A stretch of 32,000 nt of DNA from Delftia acidovorans NBRC 14950 (GCF_001598795.1 NZ_BCZP01000038.1:9635-41634), one strand, 5' to 3'; shown: positions 1 through 7,438, numbered from the stretch's first letter. The notes: generated by a model from the sequence alone, not told the origin. Numbers and translations are program-made.

Positions 1-123
1 AAATGTGATCTGTCGGCAGAAGCAAAAGGCAGGTGGTTCACTGCCGTATAGGCAGCTCAGCAACTCTCCGCCAAGATGCAGGCCGCTTGAGCCCTCTTCA
101 CTGCCGCACAGGCAGCCAGGCCC
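1..123 (+). CRISPR. Trailer end of a type I-F-like CRISPR array (partial; continues upstream of the window)
   Basis: Repeat GTTCACTGCCGTATAGGCAGCTCAGCAA at 36-63. Degenerate terminal repeat CTTCACTGCCGCACAGGCAGCCAGGCCC at 96-123 keeps the CTGCC/GGCAG stem. Spacers of exactly 32 nt at 4-35 and 64-95. Bases 1-3 (AAA) fit the 3' end of a preceding repeat. Geometry and sequence match the type I-F repeat consensus GTTCACTGCCGTRTAGGCAGCTAAGAAA. Confidence 0.85.
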
Positions 124-143
124 GCCCAGCGGGCCTTTTTCTT
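119..143 (+). terminator. Intrinsic terminator closing the CRISPR array transcript
   Basis: GGCCCG / CGGGCC stem (119-124, 130-135) with a 5-nt loop, followed by TTTTTCTT, starting inside the last degenerate repeat. Confidence 0.6.
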
Positions 144-248
144 GGGCGCAGCTCACACGGGCCGCGTCCGCACCTCAGCGCTCCAGGGCGTCTTGCCACC
201 GTGCTGCTCGGCCTGCTGACGCTGCAGGTGCGCGGACAACCTGGAGAC

Positions 249-458
249 TCAGCGCTTGGCCTCGTCCTCCAGCGTGTATGCGTAGAACATGAGGTGCTCC
301 AGCGCTACAGCGTGCGGGTCACGACCTTCCAAGGGCGATTCCCTGGCAGAGTCGTCCGGCAAGAAGACCAGAAGCACGTCGCCACAGGCTTCGTAGTCTG
401 CGCTGAACTCAACGCCGTTGTGGGTGAAGACGCATTCGTGCATGCGGGGCATTGTCAC
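249..458 (-). CDS. Hypothetical small acidic protein (69 aa; GTG start, alternative ATG at 452)
   Basis: ORF on the track in high-GC context. No convincing SD and no recognisable motif. Lies between the CRISPR trailer and the low-GC two-gene operon. Confidence 0.45.
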   Translation of the reverse strand: MTMPRMHECVFTHNGVEFSADYEACGDVLLVFLPDDSARESPLEGRDPHAVALEHLMFYAYTLEDEAKR

Positions 459-495
459 AGGTGCGAGCTCGTGGCACCAGCGCCCAGAAACGACG

Positions 496-516
496 AAGCC
501 CGCACGGGGCGGGCTT
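496..516 (-). terminator. Possible terminator hairpin after the 326-aa gene
   Basis: AAGCCCGC / GCGGGCTT stem just downstream (minus strand) of the stop at 534. The following U-tract is weak (CGTCGTTTCT). Confidence 0.35.
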
Positions 517-533
517 GGTTGGAGTGCGGATTG

Positions 534-1514
534 CTACTTGGCAGGCTGTGTCGCAACAGTAGCAGGAGCCGCCGGCGGAGGCGGGTTCTTGGCCAGGTCG
601 TACTGCATGAGGCCAATGATGATTGCAGCTCCGCCAACTACTACGGTACCGACCACAAACTGGAGCATGTTGATCGAGGACTTCAGCCCATCAACCTTGC
701 CTTCCAGGCCTTCGACTTTTCCGCCAACGTTCGCAACAGCCACGCCAGTGGCTGACATTTCCTTGGTGACGTCCTTCAGCATGTGCGCGAAGTCAGCACG
801 CAGACCCTGCATCTCGGTCAGCATCTGCCCTTGCATGGTGGCCATCTGCGTGTTGAGCTGGCCCATGGCTGCGACGGTCTCCTTGGATGACTCGGCGATG
901 GACGCGCGGACCTCAGCGCGCACGCTATCGAGCTTGGCGTCGAGGAGTTCACGGGTCACGTCGGTCATAGGTCGATTGTGCGCTGTTTCGGGTTGAAGTG
1001 GTGCCTCAGACTTGGAGGCGGTCGTGTGGTTTTTCAATTCCCCAGAAGAAGTATTGCCTCGCACGCTTCCGCTAGGTTCAGCTATATTGCGGCTTTGGGC
1101 AGTGTGGCGTGGGTACACGCCTTCAATGTGACTTCCGCCCTCAAGCGCCATATCACTTGTTTTCCGGATGGCATCCTCACGCGAATACCCCTGGCGCATC
1201 ACCATGGAGGCGGCATCTAATATGCGCTTTTCCGAATCAAGTGCACTCGAGCTGCCAGAAAATTTAGAGGCCATTTGCCGTCCACGAGCAAGATGTTTCT
1301 CTTGCCGACGTAGGCTCTCCTCCAAGGACCTAACTGTTTCTGCAAACAAGCCCGCCACGGTGAAATCTGTGTAAGCGACGTCTCCAGCAACAGTGTTTCC
1401 CCCACTGATGGTTCGTACCTGTTGGGCAGGTTCCCGCTCGGTGCTCTCCGATTCCGCGCGAATCCTTACAAGTGCCAATTTTGGTCGAGGCTGAGAACTC
1501 ATAGCTTCAGACAT
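534..1514 (-). CDS. Hypothetical protein: polar N-terminal half, coiled-coil C-terminal half, single C-terminal TM anchor
   Basis: 326-aa ORF with ATG at 1514 overlapping the upstream stop (ATGTCTGA). Q/M/K/E heptad-like region (MGQLNTQMATMQGQMLTEMQGL...), then hydrophobic FVVGTVVVGGAAIIIGLM and a Pro/Ala tail. The 5' half is lower GC than the backbone. An internal start at 968 is possible but lacks an SD. Confidence 0.6.
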   Translation of the reverse strand: MSEAMSSQPRPKLALVRIRAESESTEREPAQQVRTISGGNTVAGDVAYTDFTVAGLFAETVRSLEESLRRQEKHLARGRQMASKFSGSSSALDSEKRILDAASMVMRQGYSREDAIRKTSDMALEGGSHIEGVYPRHTAQSRNIAEPSGSVRGNTSSGELKNHTTASKSEAPLQPETAHNRPMTDVTRELLDAKLDSVRAEVRASIAESSKETVAAMGQLNTQMATMQGQMLTEMQGLRADFAHMLKDVTKEMSATGVAVANVGGKVEGLEGKVDGLKSSINMLQFVVGTVVVGGAAIIIGLMQYDLAKNPPPPAAPATVATQPAK

Positions 1515-1890
1515 TTTTTGAAGCGTCAGCGGCAGGCGCCCCTGCGCTGCGCCGTTCGATGTCAGTTACAGCTATGGTCAGCATGTTCAAGAGACTTCTT
1601 GCACATGACGGGTGGATTGAGAGCGTTGCCAAAGCTCTCCGAACATACCTAATGCCATCTTCCCCAGCTGGAGGAGCGAAGGGTTCAACTTGATTCTCAA
1701 AAACACTCAGTATCAGACGCTCATCATCCGGACCAGATCCGACGAGGCCGAGAGTCAAAGAGTCTACGCGCAAGTACTTGAAGTCATTGGCCAACTCGAT
1801 CGGCTCAAGATCCACTTTTTGCAGCTCTATGTTTCCTGGCTCAACGTTATTCATACTTGGTGCTATCGAGGATTGATTGATACTAAACAT
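1507..1890 (-). CDS. Hypothetical acidic protein (127 aa), first gene of a two-gene overlapping operon
   Basis: ORF on the track. One hand-counted line (1561-1620) gives 47% GC. Its stop overlaps the downstream start by 8 nt. No recognised motif. Confidence 0.55.
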   Translation of the reverse strand: MFSINQSSIAPSMNNVEPGNIELQKVDLEPIELANDFKYLRVDSLTLGLVGSGPDDERLILSVFENQVEPFAPPAGEDGIRYVRRALATLSIHPSCARSLLNMLTIAVTDIERRSAGAPAADASKNV

Positions 1891-2068
1891 TACACCATCA
1901 CAAAACGCTCTCGTCCAATGCGCCGCACCCTCATGCTCCCCGGCCTCATCCTCTCCGCCCTACTCCTCGCCGGCACCGCCCTCACCTCCTGAGTTCTCCT
2001 GCGCGGTAGTACACCTCGCTCCCCATACATGCAGCCTACTGCTACATTGCCGCCAGGAGGTTCCACCT

Positions 2069-2251
2069 ATGAGCACCCCCGACATCAGAGCGATGGAGGA
2101 CATGCTGGACCATCTGCGAGCGAAGAAGGCGTTTGCAGAGGCGCAGCTGCAGGCATCCGAAGCCGAGGACCCCGACCTCAAGCTGGACTTGCGCCGCATC
2201 GAAGGCCGAATCGATGTGCTCAAGGAGATGCTGCGGGAAGCTCGTGAGTGA
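2069..2251 (+). CDS. Small coiled-coil protein (60 aa)
   Basis: ATG at 2069 preceded by AGGAGG (2055-2060). Charged helical sequence MSTPDIRAMEDMLDHLRAKKAF... It is the internal start of the track ORF 1877-2251. Confidence 0.5.
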   Translation: MSTPDIRAMEDMLDHLRAKKAFAEAQLQASEAEDPDLKLDLRRIEGRIDVLKEMLREARE

Positions 2252-2303
2252 GCACGGAAGGCCCTGATGCGGGCCCTGCTACATTTCCGCTCAGGAGGCT
2301 CTT

Positions 2304-2522
2304 ATGAGCGAGAACACATCCCCCGACGCATCCCCCGACGCATCCCCTGAATTGATCGAACGGTATCGCCAACGGGCGCGTGAACTGCGTGAAGACGCCA
2401 TTCGTATCGAGGACGAACTGCGGGCCGTCGAAGAGAAGAAGGCCGAACTCCAGACAGCCCTCGCGCGAGTCCGTGGAGCGGTGCAGGTGCTGGAAGAAAT
2501 CATTGACGAGAAGACCAGATGA
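2304..2522 (+). CDS. Small coiled-coil protein (72 aa) with an SPDA tandem repeat
   Basis: AGGAGG SD upstream of the ATG. 12-bp tandem repeat GCATCCCCCGAC x2.5 near 2316-2345 encodes SPDASPDASPE. The remainder is a charged helix. Confidence 0.6.
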   Translation: MSENTSPDASPDASPELIERYRQRARELREDAIRIEDELRAVEEKKAELQTALARVRGAVQVLEEIIDEKTR

Positions 2523-2887
2523 TCCTCCGCGCTCTCTTCCTCGCCGCCGGCCTCTGTATCGCAGGCCCTGCTCTGGCCGCCAACATGGCCACATGCCTGC
2601 TGGACAAGCTCCCGGGCACACAGAACGATGTCGCGGCCCAGGCCGTGTTCCAGGTCTGCAGCGCTGAGCACCAGGGCGGGATTCAGGCCGTGCCCCAGGG
2701 AGATGGCCGGGGCATGCTGGGGTTCAAGTCCGGGCCAGAGTGCACGGTGAAGAAGGCAGGCGACACGCGCAGCAACAGGGCGGCGGAGCTGATTGGGGTT
2801 GCGTGTCGGCGGCTGTATGACGAGCCCATGAAGCTGCGCCCTTTCAATGGCCCGCTGGATGGCGAGCCTGCGCCTACTCGCCAATAA
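2519..2887 (+). CDS. Secreted or periplasmic small protein (122 aa, 4 Cys)
   Basis: ATGA start-stop overlap with the previous gene. N-terminal signal peptide MILRALFLAAGLCIAGPALA-AN. The 3' end overlaps the convergent 440-aa gene by 14 nt. Confidence 0.65.
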   Translation: MILRALFLAAGLCIAGPALAANMATCLLDKLPGTQNDVAAQAVFQVCSAEHQGGIQAVPQGDGRGMLGFKSGPECTVKKAGDTRSNRAAELIGVACRRLYDEPMKLRPFNGPLDGEPAPTRQ

Positions 2888-4196
2888 ACCGATTGCCTTT
2901 GGCATCCTCGTAGACGGGCTTGCCGCCTGACATTCCAACCTGGCGCGACATTCCTGGCGGCACCTGCCCGCCACCCTGCCCCGGCTGCTGCACAAACAGC
3001 CCGCTCTGCCGATTGAACACCGTGGATGGGGTGTTGTAGGCCCGCTGGGACACCGGATCGATCTGCTGCCCCCCAGGCACCACCAGATACGGATCGGCCT
3101 GCGGCGTGCCGCCCTCGATATCCCGCATGTACTGCACCAGGCTGCGGCGCTTGGTCGGATCTTGTTCTCCGGCCACCTGGTTGCGCGCGGCCTCCACAAG
3201 CCGGTTGGTGCGGTTGCTGTATCCCTGCGTCTCGCGGTCCATGTCCAGGCGCTGCTGGGTCAGACCGGCCTGCATGCCGGCGCGCTGGTTCTGTCCCTGC
3301 TGCTCCATGGCTGCGCGCACGAGGGTATTGCCCTGGCGCATGCCCTCTGCCTGCAGGCCTGGGGCGGCCTGCTGCAGCGCCTGGTCCGTGGCCAGCATGG
3401 CCTGGTACTTCTGCACATCCGGGCTGTTCTCCGCGCCACGGCCGCCGAAGCGCCGCGTGTTGGTGATGGAGCTGGCCGACACCTCGGCATTGCGCAGCGC
3501 GTTGCGCGAGGCCCAGTCGTTGCCGCTGTGGGCAATGGCGGCCTGCACCAGGGGGTTGCCCAGCGAGGTTGACAGGCCGGGGGCGATGCCCTGCATCTGC
3601 GACCCTGGCACAGCACCAGCAGGCATCGAGTTCATGGTGCCGCCAGGAGGTTTGCCGTTGATGGTGATGTCGCCGCTGATACCAGCGGGGCCGCTGTAGC
3701 TATTGCCATCGCGCGTGATGTTGGCCGGGCCAGGAGGTGCGGCTGGTCCAGGCATGGGCGCAGCTGCGGCGCCAGGGGAGCCCGGAGCGCCGGGTGCGCT
3801 CGCTTGCTGCTCCATCGCGGCGGCTACCAGCGGATTGGATTGGCGCGTGATCGGGCTGGCAGGTGCTGGGCTCTGGGCACCAGCAGCAGTCGCCAGCGCA
3901 GCGCCACCACCCACCACGGGCGCATAGGGCGCTGCGGCCTGGGCGGCCTGGCCCAGCCCCGACATGGCCGGCTGCGATGCACCGAAGGCCCGGGAGATGA
4001 GGCCGGTACCGCGCAACGCGGCGCCAGGGATACCGCCCGCACTGGGCAGCGCGGCCAGGTTGCGGCCGAAGTCGTTGTTCAGGGGATTGCTCTGGGAGCC
4101 GTCGGCAGCGGGCGCCTGCGGATTGCCGCCCACCGGGATCTGGTTGATCAGCGCGTCACGCCGCTGGGCTGCTTCGAGAAGGGGATTCGTGGCCAT
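2874..4196 (-). CDS. Low-complexity A/G/P/Q-rich virion-associated protein (440 aa), possibly an internal or ejection protein
   Basis: Long ORF co-oriented with the head genes and last gene of the structural run. Composition-biased sequence with a Q-rich helical segment. Function inferred from position only. Confidence 0.6.
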   Translation of the reverse strand: MATNPLLEAAQRRDALINQIPVGGNPQAPAADGSQSNPLNNDFGRNLAALPSAGGIPGAALRGTGLISRAFGASQPAMSGLGQAAQAAAPYAPVVGGGAALATAAGAQSPAPASPITRQSNPLVAAAMEQQASAPGAPGSPGAAAAPMPGPAAPPGPANITRDGNSYSGPAGISGDITINGKPPGGTMNSMPAGAVPGSQMQGIAPGLSTSLGNPLVQAAIAHSGNDWASRNALRNAEVSASSITNTRRFGGRGAENSPDVQKYQAMLATDQALQQAAPGLQAEGMRQGNTLVRAAMEQQGQNQRAGMQAGLTQQRLDMDRETQGYSNRTNRLVEAARNQVAGEQDPTKRRSLVQYMRDIEGGTPQADPYLVVPGGQQIDPVSQRAYNTPSTVFNRQSGLFVQQPGQGGGQVPPGMSRQVGMSGGKPVYEDAKGNRFIGE

Positions 4197-4288
4197 GAGT
4201 GTTCCTTGCGGAGTTGCTCATGGCAGTGTGCGGATATGCTGTCGGCGCGTCGAACCCCAGTGGGGGCATCACATCATCAGAGAATGGA

Positions 4289-4774
4289 ATGACAATCTTC
4301 AACTCGGCACATCTTCAAGTTTTGCAGCCCTGGGCATCTGTAATTGCTGCTTTCATAGCTGCGTCAGTAGCCATCATTTTTGGTGCAGCCCAGGTTTGGA
4401 TTGCATGGCAGCAATCCAAAACGACAAGAAATAAGCTAAAACTTGACCTATTCGACCGCCGCCTTGAAGTCTACAAAGCTGCATCTGAAGCAATAGCTAC
4501 TGCCATACAAACCAACGACTTCACAGCCTCCGACGAGCGAGCATTTTTTCTGGGAATTCGAGGATCACGCTGGCTGCTTGATGCGGTTGCCGACGACTAC
4601 TTGCGAAGCGACCTATTTCACGCTTTTGATAGGCTTGAAAAAATTCGCCTCAATAAGGGGAAAGTAAAAGCCGATGAGCATCAAAGGCTCGTGTCCGAAG
4701 CCACCGACGCTGTCAGGAAGGAGTTGGCCCGGCTGGACTCTATGTTCGAACGATTCCTCCGCATCGACCACTAG
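4289..4774 (+). CDS. Hypothetical membrane-anchored protein (161 aa), opposite-strand moron in the head module
   Basis: Two hand-counted lines give 47-48% GC. N-terminal TM helix (WASVIAAFIAASVAIIFGAAQVWIAW) followed by a helical soluble domain. Start uncertain: the track ORF opens with GTG at 4199. Confidence 0.6.
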   Translation: MTIFNSAHLQVLQPWASVIAAFIAASVAIIFGAAQVWIAWQQSKTTRNKLKLDLFDRRLEVYKAASEAIATAIQTNDFTASDERAFFLGIRGSRWLLDAVADDYLRSDLFHAFDRLEKIRLNKGKVKADEHQRLVSEATDAVRKELARLDSMFERFLRIDH

Positions 4775-4786
4775 GCGAGCGAAAAC

Positions 4787-5446
4787 TCATGCCAGCGGCC
4801 CCGGCACACCCACCTCCCGCGACCTCACCCACTCCTCATTGCGACCACTGGCCTTGCGCCCGAACTCCGCTTCGAACTTGGCCAGGGCCACGGCGGCCTT
4901 GGCATCGTTGTGCATGTCGGTGTCTTCGCGACCATAGGCCCGGTACAGCATCCAGTGCACCAGAGCGAAGTGCAGCTCCGGCCGGATCTCGGGCTTGTCC
5001 ACGCAGGCGCGCATGGGCTTGAGCGGTAGCCGCTGCACGGTCAGACGCAGTTCACCGTCTGCTGCAGGCCTGGGCCACAGGTGCAGCTTGCCGGTGGTCA
5101 TTCCGGCCACCAGGCGCTGCGGCACGTCCTGGCGCTCCTGGAACTGCCAGCCCGGGTGGTAGCAGTCCATCTCGTCCACAGAGATCTCGCAGACCTCCTG
5201 GCCGTTGATGAAGGCGCGCAGGATGCGCACCACCCTGCTGTCCAGGTCCACCGTCTCGGCGCCGGCCAGGAAGGCGATGCGGCAGATAGGTGAGACCGAA
5301 TCGCGCAGCAGCTGGCCACGGCGGCAGGCCTCGACCTGGGCCTCGTTGGCGTAGATGGTCAGGAGGTCGTCCGAGCAGTACGGCTTCTGGTCATCCAGGT
5401 CGAAGCAGTCCTGACGGTACTGCTTGATCAGGTCGTCGAGGGTCAT
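4787..5446 (-). CDS. Putative head completion or head-tail adaptor protein (219 aa)
   Basis: Position downstream of the capsid and small head genes; ATG with a weak SD-like purine stretch (GAAGG). Function assigned by synteny only. Confidence 0.5.
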   Translation of the reverse strand: MTLDDLIKQYRQDCFDLDDQKPYCSDDLLTIYANEAQVEACRRGQLLRDSVSPICRIAFLAGAETVDLDSRVVRILRAFINGQEVCEISVDEMDCYHPGWQFQERQDVPQRLVAGMTTGKLHLWPRPAADGELRLTVQRLPLKPMRACVDKPEIRPELHFALVHWMLYRAYGREDTDMHNDAKAAVALAKFEAEFGRKASGRNEEWVRSREVGVPGPLA

Positions 5447-5460
5447 GGCGGGCCTTCAGG

Positions 5461-5916
5461 TCAGGAGGCGAGGATCGAGCGCAGCCAGGCCTGGCCCAGC
5501 CGGTTGTCGTCGCGGTTCACCTGGAACGGGTAGCGCAGGCTGTTGATGGGCTGCACCACGTTCATGCGCTCGCCCAGGCGGTCGTCCAACTCCTGGTCGT
5601 AGCCGGTCTCCTTGGCGCGGGCCAGACGCTCGACGAACTTGCGCTTGACCACGATGGGGCGGTTGCGGCGGAACATCTGGATGACGCCGTTCACCGAGAC
5701 CTGCACGAACGGTGCCTCGTTGTCGCGGCCGCCGGACAGCACCGTGACCATCACGGGCTCGTTCATGAAGGCTTCCAGCTCAGCGTCCTTGAGCGTCACC
5801 GGGGTGTCGATGATCTCAGCCGAGAAGTCGGGCACGATGCCGAACTCCATGGGAGGCGTGGCGCCCAGGTACTCGTTGGTGGCGTCCGTTTCGTTCTTGC
5901 GGGGGGTGGTGGCCAT
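5461..5916 (-). CDS. Hypothetical head-module protein (151 aa)
   Basis: ATG at 5916 with AAGGAC SD. It is the internal start of the track ORF 5461-5970. No motif recognised. Confidence 0.6.
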   Translation of the reverse strand: MATTPRKNETDATNEYLGATPPMEFGIVPDFSAEIIDTPVTLKDAELEAFMNEPVMVTVLSGGRDNEAPFVQVSVNGVIQMFRRNRPIVVKRKFVERLARAKETGYDQELDDRLGERMNVVQPINSLRYPFQVNRDDNRLGQAWLRSILAS

Positions 5917-5979
5917 GTTGATGTCCTTGCGGGGATGTGAGGTGGCCCGGGGCGGATACCCCAAGGCCACGGGGGTGCG

Positions 5980-6339
5980 TCAGGTGCGCGCTTCGTAGAC
6001 GCAGGTCTTGGAAGCCAGGACGGCCGCCAGAGTGGCGTTCTGCGACACGCGGAAGCCGCGTTCATCGACCGTGATGCCGTTGGCAGCGTCCAGGGTGCGG
6101 ACGCCATCGGCACCGGTCTTGAGGCACGAGCCAGCGGCCATGCCCTCGAACCACTCGATCTGCACGCGGTCGGTGACGTTGATCCAGCGGACTTGGCTGG
6201 GCTTGAAGCCGGTCTCGACGCGGGTGGTATCCCCTGCGACGATGGCGGTGGCGTCGTAGACCACCTTGCCCTGGGCGGAACTCTGGGAGTCCTGCTTGTC
6301 GGTCTTGGTGCGGGTTTGGCCCGCGGTGTTGTCGGCCAT
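5980..6339 (-). CDS. Small head protein directly downstream of the major capsid gene, possible decoration or cement protein (119 aa)
   Basis: GGAGA SD. Position immediately after the capsid gene. The functional guess rests on synteny only. Confidence 0.55.
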   Translation of the reverse strand: MADNTAGQTRTKTDKQDSQSSAQGKVVYDATAIVAGDTTRVETGFKPSQVRWINVTDRVQIEWFEGMAAGSCLKTGADGVRTLDAANGITVDERGFRVSQNATLAAVLASKTCVYEART

Positions 6340-6400
6340 GATGGGTTCTCCGTGGGAGTTGAGGTTCAGAGTGGAGGGAGGGCCGAAGCCCTCCCCGGCC

Positions 6401-7438
6401 TTACAGCGCGGTCACCCCGGCTTCGGCCACCGCCATCCAGCCCTCGTTGAGCATGGTGCAGGCCATGTAGAACTTGGCGCCAACGTAGCCGCGCTGGCCC
6501 AGCGGATCGCTCTTGTCCTTCACCCCGGGCGGGATGTAGGTCGGGTCGATGGAGTCCGAACCACGCAGTGCCAGCTGGCCCCAGGCGTCTTCGCCGACCA
6601 TGATGAACGGGTAGACGTCCACGTTGGTCGCGCCCGTCAGGCCGGTGCTGCCGATAGCTGCGCCTGCGCCGGCATAGGGCGCCAGTTCCGCACTGGTGAT
6701 GAAGCGGAAGTTCTCGCAGGAACCGATTTCCTGGGCGTGCACAGGCTTGCGGTTGCCGTAGGCGCTGACGTGCACGAAGCCCTGCAGGTCACGGATATCG
6801 GCCTCGGCATCCGTGTGCACGAAGACCAGGTAGCTGGCTTCCACGGGCTTTGTGGCGATCATTGCCGAGGGCGACAGGATGCCTGTGATGCGCTTGGCGT
6901 GGTTGGCCTGCAGATTGCGGCTGATCTTGCGCAGCAGGTTCAGGCTGATCTTCGCGTTCACAGCAGCGCGGCTGGCACCGCCACCGGCATAGAACACGTT
7001 GGTACAAGCCTTGAGCACGCCGTAGCGGATCATCTCGCGGACCAGGGCAATGCGCTCGCCGCACTGCTTCTTCATCTCGGCGGGCACGTCGTCCTCGTAC
7101 GTGTCCACCGTCTGGTCGGTGAGCTGGTAGAGGCAGCCGTATTGCTTGATGGTGACCTGGATGTCCTGTGGGACCAGCGTGTCTGCGCCAGGCGTGACGC
7201 CTTCGGTCAGCTCGTGGGCCACCGGGTCCGCCTTGGGCCGGTTGCGGGTGTTCCAGTCCGTGTTCGCCGCACCCCAAGGGAGGTAGCGGCGGTGCACGAT
7301 GGTCTTGCCCTGGTTCTTGGGAAGCGCGCGCTGCTGGCCGGTGATGCCCAGCACTTCGCTCGCCACGGCGTGGGCGAGGATATCGCCCTTGATCTTGCCG
7401 ATCCGCGGCGCCGGGTTGCCGCTTTCGTATTGAGCCAT
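6401..7438 (-). CDS. Major capsid protein, HK97-fold, N4-gp56-like family
   Basis: 345 aa with AAGGAGA SD. Recognisable conserved stretches (LPKNQGKTIVHRRY, SDPLGQRGYVGAKF) and position after the scaffold gene. Confidence 0.88.
   Translation of the reverse strand: MAQYESGNPAPRIGKIKGDILAHAVASEVLGITGQQRALPKNQGKTIVHRRYLPWGAANTDWNTRNRPKADPVAHELTEGVTPGADTLVPQDIQVTIKQYGCLYQLTDQTVDTYEDDVPAEMKKQCGERIALVREMIRYGVLKACTNVFYAGGGASRAAVNAKISLNLLRKISRNLQANHAKRITGILSPSAMIATKPVEASYLVFVHTDAEADIRDLQGFVHVSAYGNRKPVHAQEIGSCENFRFITSAELAPYAGAGAAIGSTGLTGATNVDVYPFIMVGEDAWGQLALRGSDSIDPTYIPPGVKDKSDPLGQRGYVGAKFYMACTMLNEGWMAVAEAGVTAL

Noticed and set aside
151-180. Possible third, heavily decayed CRISPR repeat (GCTCAC...CACCTCAGCG)
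   Set aside because: Only the ends resemble the repeat. The length would be 30 nt and the preceding spacer 27 nt, and the central stem is lost. It is too weak to call and may be a relic at most.
33-755. 240-aa plus-strand ORF (and 5-292) spanning the CRISPR repeats
   Set aside because: It reads through the repeat-spacer units and the terminator, so it is not a gene.
1918-1992. 24-aa ORF MRRTLMLPGLILSALLLAGTALTS as a gene
   Set aside because: It is too short and has no SD. It looks like the orphaned N-terminal signal segment of a truncated gene, so it is mentioned only as a junction clue.
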